Source: Podarcis bocagei (lineage: Eukaryota). From it: 64,000 nucleotides of DNA. A program made the position numbers and the translations under genes. The stretch lies in assembly GCA_964188305.1 (NCBI GenBank), contig OZ076894.1. The stretch is one strand, 5' to 3'. Under the pieces are notes generated by a model. The model searched no databases. It worked only from the letters and a program-made list of their open reading frames with translations, and was not told where the DNA came from. Positions within the stretch are counted from its first letter, which is position 1. Every line of letters starts with the position of its first letter. Shown piece after piece: positions 37,801-47,866 of this stretch.

Positions 37801-40800
37801 TCATATGCACAGGTGGCCTCCATCTGCCTCCACTACTGACACCAGTCTCCCTGCCTGCTCACATAGTTGGTAAATGTTAGATGTGCACCATCTCAAGCCT
37901 GGAGTGAGGGTGCTTCCTGTGAGAGTTTATTGTGGGAGCGCAGAGTCCACACAATGGAAATGTCACCCAATTGCCAGCTTCTGTGTACCTGCAGGTATAT
38001 GTACCTGTGCCATCAATTGCGGATAACACCTCATTCATCCGATGAAGTGGCCTGTTGCCCACAAGAACTTATGCTGTAGTAAATTTGCTAGTTTTGCCGG
38101 TGCTACAAGACTGTGTGTGAGAGGAAGTGTCTTGTGGAGTCTCCTGGGTAAGCTGGGCTTGGCTTTACAGATTACAACAGTGAAATGCATTGCTGACAAA
38201 TATCCTGTGCTGGTGTGAGATTGTGGAAATACTTTGTGCTGGATTGTGCTGGAAATGCTTTCATGGTTCGTTTTGTCCCCTCCCAGAGGATTTAACCATC
38301 AATAAAATCATTTTCCTCTTATCAAGGCTGGAAAAGAAGAAAACAGCTGCAATGTTAGTGGCTAGTGGACCCAGAGGTAAAGACAAAAGTTAAATAAATA
38401 AATAGTTAGTTAGTTAGTTAGTTAGTGTGGGGCTGGGGTTCAGAGGCCTGCATATGCTCAGATCCCATATTCTTCTCACGGCTCCAGGTACTCACCAAAA
38501 ACCTGCTCACAGATTGGGGAACCTTTCAAAATGGCTGCCAATGCAGTGCAAGGGCCTGCAGTCCAAAGGGTGTTTCAGGGCCAGGCTAGGCAAGACACTA
38601 TTCATACAACCATCAATTGTGTGAAAGGTTATTTGGGAGGCTGGGGGCTTGCATTCCCGCTGCATTCCTCACACCATATATTTAAAGAACATTGCTTCCC
38701 CACCCCCTGAAATCTGGGAACTGCAGTTTACTCCTCACAGAGCTATAATTTCCAGCACCCTTAACAAACTACAGTTCCTGGGATTCCTTAGGAGAAACAA
38801 AACGTTTTAAATGTTGGTATGGATGTGATCCGACTATTGTCATTGGGAGAAAAAAACTACCATTGCAGCCATTAGAGCTTTCCTCTCAATCCAAATATCA
38901 GGCAAGCAGGGCAGGGAGGTGGGTGGGAACACCCCGATGGCCCCTGAGGCTGTCATAAGTTGCAGCACTTGTGACTTTGATGGTGCAGCACCATGGCCAA
39001 GAGACTGAGCTACGAATCAGGTAGAGCTCCCAGTCCAAAGCTCACCTCCGCCATTAACTCAATGGCTTTAGGTAAGAGTCTCTCCCTCTCTCCTTCAGTC
39101 CCCCCCCCCCATTTGCAATATGAGAGAGAATAATCCTGATTTACATGGTTTCTGTAAGGATGAGTTAGCTAATGCACTGGACGCACTTTGAAGCACCTGA
39201 GAGTGATACCCAAATACAAAATATTATTAACAGGATGTTGTTCAATCATTGACACTTAAGAGGCAATGCCTCTTAAGATTAGCGCTGTTGAAAGAAGCAC
39301 TCAGATCAAACAGGCATTTTAGCAAGGGAGATCCTTTCTTAAGAAATTCAACTCAAAATTTCTTCCTTCTGCCAACTGCATATTGAGAAGAGGCTTTAGG
39401 CCTTGCATCAGTACCTAGATTTGTGGAAGGATGTTACTCTGTAGAAGCTTTCTGAAACAGTCTTAGTATAGAGCCTATTGTGTGACCATTGTAGGGTCAG
39501 AATGAACATTTCAGTACAGAGAAAAAAATTCAGGTTTCAGAGTTTCTAGCAGAAAACCAACACTCCCCAACCACAGGGCAGACTTATACTTTAAGGGGGG
39601 AATGCAGAAAATCTCATTTTCATCTATATGATACTGTTATTGATACCGTGATTGCTGTTATTTCCCAGGTTATATTGCATTCTGGAATATATATGGCCGT
39701 GGGAGCCTTTTTGCTTATTTCTCTAGTGTAAGTGCTGCTCATTTTCTGGAAGAATGTTTTACATGTTGCTAATTTCCATTTGTAAGGCCTCTGTATGTTT
39801 TTATTAGTGCTGTGAGATTCCTAACAGTTTGGAAACAAACAAAATAAGAACTAGATCTTTAAATAATTCATAACTGGAAGTGGCACACATTCATTTAGGT
39901 TGCAATCCTAAACACCAGGGCTGGGTAGCTAGTGGTCCTCCAGATGTTGCTAGACCACAAATCCCATCTTTGCAGACCACCATCCATGCTGGAGTCCAGT
40001 AACATCTGGAATGTCATAGGTTCCCTACCCCTGCTAGCTACACTTACTGGGGGAGTAAGCCCCGTTGCATGTTGTAGGATCGACTTCTGAGTAAATATGC
40101 ATAGGATTGCTCTGTGCATTAGGGCTTTGCCTGTATCCTCTTCTGACTTTTCATATGATGGTAGTCTAAGCATCAAGGTGAACCCAGAGACAGTGCTAGC
40201 CCAGGGCATCTTGTGATCAGAGACAAAGGACAAGATGCCACCCTGCTGCTTCCACATACAGAAGCTAGCTAGACTGAGAGCTGACCCTCAGTGGTATCCC
40301 TCCCTGAGGGCAACAGGTTACTTTAGGAGATACAGAGTGTGGGGCATGCACAACCCTATCCCCTCCAACAACCCTGTTTGCATAGCACAAAACCATGGGT
40401 TGGTATTACATTAGCATCAACCCAATATGTAACATAATGTGCAATCAAAATAAAGAGTAAACAATATCCTATTGATAGTTGGGCTGGATGCATGCATTTC
40501 ACACGTTTGCTTGGCTTAAGAGTCAGGACAGCCTTAAAACGTAGGCACTTCTTGCCTGTGTGTGCCGAAATTGCACTTAAAATCTCACCACATGCACCAA
40601 CTGAAATGCAAAACTATCATTCACCAAAAGTGACACAAGAAACGAAGTGCTCCTAAGAGTGCAAGGAAGCTTCAATCCAACACACCCTTCTAGGCAGGGC
40701 AGGGAGCGAGTTCCATTGAACTTGGTTGAATTTATTTCTGAGAACATCATCACAGAATTATGCTGTTAGTCCTCCCTCTTGAAAGAGAGTAAAAATAAAA

Positions 40801-40914
40801 TAATGCATTGCTTAAAGGACATTTCCGCCGCAACTTTAGTACTGAAGCTTCTACAATCCAGCAGCTAACAGATGAGTTTGTTACATGATTGTATGTATGT
40901 ATGTATGTATGTAT

Positions 40915-40967
<53 letters not shown>

Positions 40968-43900
40968 TCCTTGCTTGCAGTCAAAAGAGAGATCCACAGT
41001 CAGTGACATGGCAGTTGATGACAAGGACTTCCTCTTGTGTGCAGGAGACCAACTGGGCTTTCTCCATATCTGGAACATTGCAGAATATGCCATTAATGGC
41101 CCAGAAGCCAAGCCACCAGTTTGTGAGAGAAACATTTTTATTCAAAACCCAAAAGTTTCATATTTGCTCCTGAGTGTACAGTATGTCCTTACCTTAGTCT
41201 CCCCTCCTTCTTTTTTCAAATAGTACTTCACAGCTGGAACACTCACAACTGCAGCATAACCAGGTAAGACACGCTGAGGAAAACAAGGCCCATGAGGAAA
41301 GATTAGGAGCTGGTGAATCCATTGGGGACAAGCTCCCTTTACTTACATTTTAGGCCACCTTCTCATGGTGCACTGGTGGTGGCAGTGTAGCTCTTTTGCC
41401 TGCACTGCCTGCTTGGTAAGAAAGCACAGACCCTGTAGAAGAGCAGTGGGGAGCTGGATTCAGCCAGAGGATTGGGTGCTTATCTCCCCCTCCCCCATGG
41501 GCCAACTTTGAAAGGCACACAACATCACAACGGCACTTGAAAGGCACATGACACCACAATGTCAATAGGTGATCTGTTTTTCCATAGCACCATTGCAAGC
41601 CACAACAATCAGCACTGTGCTTTGCAAGTCCTGAGCATCAGCCAGTTGTCTGCGCTGGCAAAGTACTGTGTATGGCATGTATCCCCCTTTTGGCTCAACT
41701 GCATCTTTATTTGCCCCACACGTGACATCACATATGATGTCGCATGTTGGGCATGTGGGTATGGTTTGGCATTGAGGAGTTCTACGAGTATTGCCATTCT
41801 AGCTGTGGAAAGAACTTGAGAAACAAGATGTTTAAGAGAGTAAGGAAATTCCGCAGCAGTGCCTATTTTCAGAGCAGTTGTCAATATAACAAACTAAACC
41901 CATTTTCTTTTTCCAATGGAGTAGCATCAGCCTTATGAATGAGCACCAGCTTCTCCTCACTACTTCTTTAGACTACAATGCAAAGTTGTGGAGCCTAAAA
42001 GGGGAATATATAGGTAAGATTTAATTTTAGGTGGAAATACATATACATTATTACACACCACTCCAATCTCCCAGCAGTGTGAGATTCCAGGCTCTTACCC
42101 AGGGTGCATGTTTCCTTTTGGTAATGAGTACAGTGGAAGCTGTGGTCTCTTTGATATATGGTTTATTTACACACATATACAACTTAAGCCTACAGTGGAG
42201 GGGTTCACAGCATCAACAACCCAAGAGAGTATTGTTTCCTCCATAGCAGCAGCCTTGAATTCAAACAGAAATCAAACATCGTGCTCTGCCTTTCTGCTTT
42301 TCTTCTCGGTCACAACACAACCAAACTCAACTCTAAACTCTGGCTTTTGGCGTTCTATCTGTGAGTTGAGGGAGGGGCCCTACCTATTTGCTGTATTGCA
42401 CAGAGCCCCCTTAATCCTATGTTCTCTTAATCTCATCACGAATCTAGCCTGGCTTACATTTTAACACTTGTTGGACCCAGGAATAAGGAGTTGTTGCACC
42501 CACAAACTGATAACTATACACACACTGCATGATCTGTCTGCAATCCACATACCCCTATCCTGTTTTGCCACATCAAACTTTCTCTGATTGCATCTGGAAC
42601 GGAACCATCACCACTGCATCGTCACGGAGCAGAAGTCTTATCCATTGCTACTAACCATGATGGCTACTGCTTGTCCTCCACGGTTGAGGCCGTAATGCTT
42701 TTGCACACGTCTCTGGAAAGCATAGGGCTGGAGATTGCTCTTGTGCCCAGGTCCGGCTTGCAGGTCTCCCACAGGCATGCTCATAGGTGTCCACTATGCG
42801 AACAGGATGCTGGTCTAGGTGGCTCATTGGCCTGACCCTGCAAGCTCTCGTTATGTTCTTATGTGGTTGTTCATTCCCGAGTACTGTAACAGTGGTTTTG
42901 GTTTTTTGAAAGCTTTATTTTGGGTTGTATCCAAGCAAGTTATTCAGTTAGCAGGTCTTCCACCTGCACAATGGGACTTCCTCTTCCTTTACTCTCCTGT
43001 TGTCCTCCCAAATCTGTCCTGTGGTTTTCTCCAACCCTTTGGAGAAGATTGGTTGGGGGAGGAAGGGAGCAGAAATTTCATTGCGCAGGCAGATGTTTTT
43101 ATCTAACAGGACAACTTGGTTGGATATAGTCCTTTGTCTACATGCAAGTAAAAGTTGAATATATGCATAACAGAGAAGATTCTGAGGTAGTCAAGTATAA
43201 CATTTTAAAGTAACTTTACTTTTTTTAAATTAAAAAAGGTACATTTGGTCAAAGAGAACCATGGAACATAAAAGAGAAGTCATCTTGGGGACTATCAGAA
43301 TCCAACCCGAGTTCAGAAAATAGCTCTGACTCTTTTGGACACGAATCTACAAGGACCTTTGACACACAGAAGAAATCCAAGATGGATGCTGAGGTAGGAA
43401 TATTATCATCACTGGGCAGTATTTGAATTTTATTTAGAGCAGACACACTGAAATTAATGAGCATGACTAAGTTAGGTCCATTAATTTCAAAAGGTCCACT
43501 ATGATTAAAAATTAGCTCTCTCCCATTGTCTTTTCTTTATATTAGCATTTGGCTTCATTGCCATCTGGCTCCTGTCCCCAAACCAGGTATATTATATTCT
43601 TGATAATTAAGGATAAAATTTCATGTATCTGATGAAGTGGCCTGCAGCCCATGAAATACTCAACAGTATACTCCCCCTCCCCAAGCTCAATAGCTCTTGA
43701 GATGTGAAACTGCATAGCTTTTTTAATCTGGACAAATCTGCGATTTTTGCAAGTCTCTGATAAGTATAATGAAAAAGATGAAGAATCAGAAAATGGGATA
43801 AAATTTAATGAAGTGTTCATTGAGTACTGTATTGGTCCTCTGCCTTCTTCTCAGCTCTTTTTATGGAAATGAATGCTTTATGCCTGCTTGCCACGTGGAG

Positions 43901-45870
43901 GGACTGGAAAACAGCATAATTTTCAGAATATTTTTTTAAAAAAACTATTATGTTGGTGTCAGGGGTTTAGGAGCAGAGGCACGGGCAAGGGAGGAAACAG
44001 AGAGCGAAGGGGAGGAGGCAGAAGAAAAGATGAGTGATGACGACGACCCGAGATCTCCTAGTCTTTCCAGTGAATCAGAGGATTCACAGAAAGGAGCACC
44101 AGTGGCCAGGGCAAGGGGGGAGTCAAGGGGGGCACCCCAGGAAGATAGAGCCAGAAGGGACTCAGGGGGGAGCAGCTGGAAATCGGGACCAGCGTCACCG
44201 CCAGGAAGCAGGGAAGAGGAAGGGAGCCAGGGGGGAAGCGCTGGCAGCTCACCACAGGAGGGAGGGCATGAGTCAGGAGTGGCCACACCTCCATCGGGGA
44301 GCGAAGAAACGGTTAAGAGGAAGGTGGAAGGTTGGGCGCGCGCGCCAAGTTCAAATGCAGAGGAAGGCGGCGCAGTAAGCAGCCCCGAAAGGGAACCAGG
44401 TCCTAAAGCCCGGCGCAAGGAGGCAGGAGGGTCCGGGTCAGCGTCAGAAGAATCCCGGAAGGAGGAGGCCCCGGGGGGTAGAGGGACCCAGAGGAGGACA
44501 GTCAGGCGGAAAAGGTGGAGCAAGGCTAGGATATTAAGCTGGTGCTCACGGGGCGGAGACTCAGACGGAGCTTCGCCGATATAGCTACTAGACGTAGAGT
44601 TTGCGCGCAGCAGCGTGAGAATGGAAACTGTAATTCAATAAAGACTTTTACTTAATGATCGCTGGCTAGCGTGATCCTCTGTGAGCTAGGATCTTCAAGC
44701 AGCTCTGACAGTTGGCTTATCCTGGTTTTGCTAAAAAAATTTTGCCTGCTCCTCTTAGATTTTAAGAATGAGATGCTAGGTTCCTTACAGTTCAGCAGCT
44801 TCTAGCTCTTTGTAACAAAATAATTTCAAATCAAATTTACTTTTTATTTATGTTCTTTTAACATACCAAACATAATTTAATGGCTAAACACGTTATACAC
44901 AATACTTTGTTACTTTTGGAACCAAAAAATAACATTTGATCTGTAATATATGCTTTATAGAAAGTATTTTACTACCTTGCAACCATTTTACTACCTTTTC
45001 TCAGTCCTACTGCTACTATCGCCCTTTGCTTCAAAGCTAAAATTATACCGCACAATTGTGTCACCAACTCACCCCACAAGCCCTTTCTCCCTTCTGGGAA
45101 AGCATTGTAATTATAGTTGCTGTTTCACCAAAAACCTTTGTTTTCTGGGAAATCATTGCTCCCTGTGTACTTTGAGGGCACTTCTCTACCCAGCCTAAAT
45201 GACTGGTATGTTATCCCATAGATGATTTGGGACACTTGCACTTCAAAGATGGTAATAGATGATGAACTTGCTGAAGAACTGAAGCAAAGGCAGATAGACA
45301 GACTACACAGGTGTGTACAACTTGAATTTAAATCCTCTTTATTCACCGACAACATACTGGCCCATACTAGGTTAGCTTAACAGATATGCAAGTCTTGCAT
45401 GGCGTAATAGAATGCTGCACTCTATAAATACACAGGACAACTGAAAATTAAATTGTGTTGACAGATGAGTCCATACTCAAGTGCAGTCTCTGTGTGCGAT
45501 ACAGTAGCAACATGTATTTCTCAAAGCTGCTTTTTGCATCTACCATTCCCTTTGTGTGCCTTGTTAGAAGTTTCCCAGACTCCTAGCTATCCATATAATC
45601 TATTCTCTCCCCATTCCCTCATCTAATTTCCCAAATTTAAGAAGTCTTAATTTTATGTCATTTGGAAAAGTATCCCTCTTACAACTACTAGCCAGAAAGA
45701 AAACAGCACACCACTTATCTTTCAGATCAAAGCAGTTCCAGTGGAAACCTATTCAACATGATGCAAACCGAATAAATTCTTATCACTCTCTTCCACTGTG
45801 TGAGTTAGCCGACACACAGCTTGCCTTCCACAAACCAAATCTAGCAGCAGAACTTGATGACCCATTTTAG
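17585..45870 (+). CDS. WD40-repeat protein, WDR49/WDR95/WDR64/WDY-like; 25 coding exons, 2586 nt, ~861 aa from first resolved exon (Met at 17609)
   Basis: All 25 exons have AG/GT flanks and join in phase with no stop; many WD repeats (HKGVKTFDF...TGGLDRNIRLWN, LRGHTSPI...SLDSTIKVWD, GHKDDILCVA...SSFDGEVLIWN); true 5' end uncertain. Confidence 0.88.
18065..18191. mobile_element. Short hAT MITE
   Basis: caggctttctcaac / gttgaaaaagtctg termini; TSD gt(c/t)taagg. Confidence 0.65.
19038..19115. repeat. Tandem duplication, ~42-bp unit x2
   Basis: tgcatataaaacaggaaacagaacaagaaattatct occurs twice. Confidence 0.8.
19706..19800 (+). CDS. WD40 gene exon B
   Basis: DENENKLQNRRLKWVSDSILMAHYNKLIIGT; phase 0->2. 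Confidence 0.85.
20696..22453 (+). mobile_element. L1-mobilised non-autonomous retroelement (~1.75 kb) with a single 175-aa ORF
   Basis: 17-19-bp TSD aaaagcaacatttactg(gg) at a TTTT/AAAA site; CpG-rich 5' end; AATAAA 22427-22432 and A-rich tail; ORF 21438-21965; no RT motifs. Confidence 0.8.
22508..22600 (+). CDS. WD40 gene exon C
   Basis: NREIRLYELSNLEPYCQIVALETMPLCLDY; phase 2->2. Confidence 0.87.
23348..23393 (+). CDS. WD40 gene exon D
   Basis: VWGEGECVISYGDEQ|GTATGT; phase 2->0. Confidence 0.8.
23611..23972 (-). mobile_element. Sauria-type SINE, near full length
   Basis: A/B boxes, (ACCTTT)n tail, 12-bp TSD ctgttcttttaa. Confidence 0.92.
24080..24126 (+). CDS. WD40 gene exon E
   Basis: GCVNILLISSVAETL; phase 0->2. 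Confidence 0.83.
24498..24728. mobile_element. Tigger/pogo-like MITE
   Basis: TA TSD; TIR cagtggtacctcaggtta; near-identical copy at 29783. Confidence 0.9.
24922..25385. mobile_element. CpG-rich hAT MITE
   Basis: TIR cagtgtttcccaacc / ggttgggaaacactg; perfect 8-bp TSD cagtagag. Confidence 0.9.
25805..25850. repeat. (GT)23 microsatellite at a splice acceptor
   Basis: Read directly; ends 8 nt before exon F. Confidence 0.95.
25859..25976 (+). CDS. WD40 gene exon F
   Basis: NWTKYPPVEEIPTISANAIYEQENITFIRWKVHNDWVTK|GTAAGA. Confidence 0.87.
26321..26390 (+). CDS. WD40 gene exon G
   Basis: IQYIPSMESVISSSNDDCTALVI|GTAAGT; phase 0->1. Confidence 0.87.
26963..27268 (+). mobile_element. Rex1/Babar-type LINE 3' end
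   Basis: HPGNDVFQLLPSGRSYRVIKTRTMRLRNSFYPNAILVLN, then AATAAA and (gtatt/gtatc)n tail. Confidence 0.75.
27700..28417 (-). mobile_element. Solo LTR with nested MITE
   Basis: TGTTA...TAACA termini; 5-bp TSD tcttc; TATA and AATAAA on the minus strand; internal ~47-bp tandem duplication. Confidence 0.8.
27830..28252. mobile_element. Tigger/pogo-like MITE with internal tagcggct minisatellite
   Basis: TA TSD; TIR cagtggtgcc(t/c)cgcaagac. Confidence 0.88.
28462..28705 (+). CDS. WD40 gene exon H
   Basis: YVSRTKNVKHRL...FKVHKGVKTFDFCRESNILVTGGLDRNIRLWNPYVP; phase 1->2. Confidence 0.92.
29547..29652 (+). CDS. WD40 gene exon I
   Basis: WPIAILRGHTSPIGFLCIAHGSTNIFSVSLDSTIK|GTAAGG. Confidence 0.9.
29783..30008. 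mobile_element. Tigger/pogo-like MITE (second copy)
   Basis: Same family as 24498-24728; TA flanks. Confidence 0.9.
31145..31296 (+). CDS. WD40 gene exon J
   Basis: VWDIEDHSCLLTVMPKASQIRGEMEACYFSPDLQALYVAAETFGLLQFQY; phase 0->2. Confidence 0.88.
31509..31636. mobile_element. Short hAT MITE
   Basis: caggg...ccctg termini; TSD ct(a/c)tagag. Confidence 0.7.
32247..32349 (+). CDS. WD40 gene exon K
   Basis: ENQNQDSGTSHNKPIFCCQYNQQLQHVISCSEDS|GTAAGT. Confidence 0.88.
33220..33326 (+). CDS. WD40 gene exon L
   Basis: VIKMWDLKTGQLIVKVREAHGGAAVTCMALDTIGK; phase 0->2. Confidence 0.9.
34373..34452 (+). CDS. WD40 gene exon M
   Basis: LITGGADGSLKKWDSSTLGYMHTIKQ; phase 2->1. Confidence 0.87.
34537..34594 (+). 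CDS. WD40 gene exon N
   Basis: ISSADEVTACTYADLYDN; phase 1->2. Confidence 0.82.
35123..35369. mobile_element. Tigger/pogo-like MITE with duplicated left terminus
   Basis: acttacagtggtaccttgg twice in tandem; right end gaggtaccactg-ta. Confidence 0.75.
35630..35675 (+). CDS. WD40 gene exon O
   Basis: YIISVGWGRKISIFL|GTAAGT. Confidence 0.85.
36709..36768 (+). CDS. WD40 gene exon P
   Basis: DIDDEVVEGSYPQLDWIRSM|GTAAGA; phase 0->0. Confidence 0.78.
37063..37225 (+). CDS. WD40 gene exon Q
   Basis: EQGHKDDILCVASCPPHFLATSSFDGEVLIWNLVSGHLCSRLH...|GTGAGT. Confidence 0.88.
38287..38376 (+). CDS. WD40 gene exon R
   Basis: DLTINKIIFLLSRLEKKKTAAMLVASGPR; phase 1->1. Confidence 0.85.
39669..39727 (+). 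CDS. WD40 gene exon S
   Basis: YIAFWNIYGRGSLFAYFSS|GTAAGT. Confidence 0.85.
40891..40966. repeat. Compound microsatellite (GTAT)n(TAT)n
   Basis: Read directly; just upstream of the exon T acceptor. Confidence 0.95.
40981..41122 (+). CDS. WD40 gene exon T
   Basis: SKERSTVSDMAVDDKDFLLCAGDQLGFLHIWNIAEYAINGPEAKPPV; phase 0->1. Confidence 0.88.
41224..41263 (+). CDS. WD40 gene exon U
   Basis: LHSWNTHNCSIT|GTAAGA; phase 1->2. Confidence 0.82.
41925..42013 (+). CDS. WD40 gene exon V
   Basis: ISLMNEHQLLLTTSLDYNAKLWSLKGEYI|GTAAGA. Confidence 0.87.
43239..43393 (+). CDS. WD40 gene exon W
   Basis: TFGQREPWNIKEKSSWG...KSKMDAE|GTAGGA; completes the YIGTFGQ motif. Confidence 0.83.
43957..44710 (+). 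mobile_element. Solo LTR (754 bp, probably Gypsy-like) containing a long ORF
   Basis: TGTCAG...CTGACA inverted termini; 5-bp TSD gttgg; AATAAA 44637-44642; ORF 44030-44584. Confidence 0.85.
45222..45310 (+). CDS. WD40 gene penultimate exon
   Basis: MIWDTCTSKMVIDDELAEELKQRQIDRLH; phase 0->2 bridges exon W and the last exon. Confidence 0.7.
45726..45870 (+). CDS. WD40 gene last coding exon
   Basis: SKQFQWKP...SYHSLPLCEL...KPNLAAELDDPF*; CAG acceptor, phase 2. Confidence 0.78.
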
Positions 45871-46113
45871 TTGGAAATTTAACAGCTTCTTGGACAGGCT
45901 GCAGGGCAGAGGCCGCCTTTAAGCAACCAAGCAACTTTTCTCAAATGTATGATGTGTAAAAAGCAAGCAGAATTTATAAAGTGTGCTGATGTGTTTTTTT
46001 CTGACCAAAGAACTTTGATGGCTGTTAAGAGATCACTCCTCTTCGTGGACATTAATCCCATTGGTTAGGACGATTACTGTATTACAGTAGCAGATTAAGC
46101 TGAAACTAGTGGC

Positions 46114-46119
46114 AATAAA
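46114..46119 (+). terminator. Candidate poly(A) signal of the WD40 gene
   Basis: First AATAAA after the stop codon, ~245 nt downstream. Confidence 0.5.
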
Positions 46120-47730
46120 AAAGTCTCAGGGGAACATCACTTCTGGTTCAAGAAGTAGATTTAAATATTTATTATAAATTTTTACACACAATCTCTGGTA
46201 AATTAGTGTTGCCACTTGGAAATCAACTGACATATTCATCCATTTGTGCATGATGTCACTATGAAGGATTCCATCCCTTTACATATAAACACTTTGCATA
46301 CTTAAACACTGCTATAAGGTTATCCAAGCTGAACACACTCCTGTCCCATGGAGACACATTTACATAAGAAAACACTTGCTAAATATAAAATGTCTGTAGA
46401 ACCCTGGCCATGGCAGCTGATTGACTTTAGCTTCAGCTTCCGTTATGGTGAACTGATTTCCCCAATTCACAGCTTCATTTTTCTGTGTTTTGAGGTACAT
46501 GCCTGTTATGAGAAAACTAAATGGAGTCACCTTGCAGCTTACAAGAATTGTACCATTTTGCTATTCACAAATTTATCCTAACAAAATAGCAAATGGTGTT
46601 TTTTTAAATTGGGCAATGCAATTTAGCAAGCCTCTGTCCTCCTCATACATACTAATTTAATATATTCACAGGAACCCATTCCAAATTCCCAACTGTGGAA
46701 ATGAATTTGAAATTGCAAAGATCATTCTTCATAATATGATTTTACACTTCTGACTTGAACTTGCTAGCTGGCAGCCTTGGGTATTCTAACTGCTGTTTAA
46801 AGTAGCTCTTCTGAAGCAAGGCTGGAAATAAAACAGTCTTGTTTTGGAACCTTAGGTATCTCTCTGTGTGTATTGTGTCTGTGTGCAAGAAAGGAAGATA
46901 GCAGGAAAGTTTCTACTTATACAGAAAGGTAACTCAAAAAACGACAACATTGGTCTGTAGGATAACAGCTCTGTAGAGAAGCTTGTACTGTGAATTATGG
47001 CCTATTAATCTGCTGATTTTTGTAAGATACCTACTTAATTTAAGTAGCAATTAGGAATTAAAATGGAGCGGGGGTTTAGATGAAAAAATTGTGGGAAATT
47101 GCAGTCAAACATAATATGCATGATTGCTACTCACTGCATGAATGGGTTAAGAAAATAGACCTGTATTCCCAGACTTGGCTATGTCACACACCCTCTTCTC
47201 TGATGTGCTAGGAAGCAAAGCCTTCTCTTCCTGTTCTCCCTCTGATCAAGGAGCAAGCTTAGGGCATGCGTTTGAAGTTTTCATTCTGTATATTCTGTCT
47301 TCTCCTTGCTGCTGCTTCGATAAATGCATGAATCTGACTTTTGGAACATTTTGTAAGTAAAGCTTTTTAAGCTAACAGTGTGTGGTTTGTTCATTGCCAG
47401 AGGGGTAAAAAGAGAGGAGTGATGTGTGCAACTAAATGGGTTATGAAAAGGGTTTAATAGCCTATATTCCCATGCAATAGTGCTGCTTGACTTTTGTGAG
47501 TTTAAACTCTGATACTGGGGGCTCTCTCCTGCTGGAGAGTTCATTCAGCCCTGCATTTTGAATCCAGGCACACAGCCGATTCTTTCATTCATATCCCCCC
47601 AAGGATTCATACCCCTCCCCCAAACTAGTACCAAGGCCTGCATTCCGACTCAGTTAAATAAATACCTATAATTAAATTGCAGCCAATTTAAATTTACACC
47701 AAATTTAAGTGAGAAACTAGCCGCTTAAAT

Positions 47731-47866
47731 CAGGCATAGGCAAACTCCGGCCCTCCAGATGTTTGGGACAACAATTGCCATCATCCCTAGCTAACAGGAA
47801 CATGGGTTATGGATGATGGGAATTGTAGTCCCAAACATCTGGAGGGCCAGAGTTTGCCTATGCCTG
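47731..47866. mobile_element. Short hAT MITE
   Basis: TIR caggcataggcaaact / agtttgcctatgcctg; perfect TSD gcttaaat. Confidence 0.88.

Noticed and set aside
40881-41223. Poly-Leu, poly-Tyr and poly-Asn ORFs
   Set aside because: Translations of an intronic (TAT)n microsatellite; only 40981-41122 is exonic
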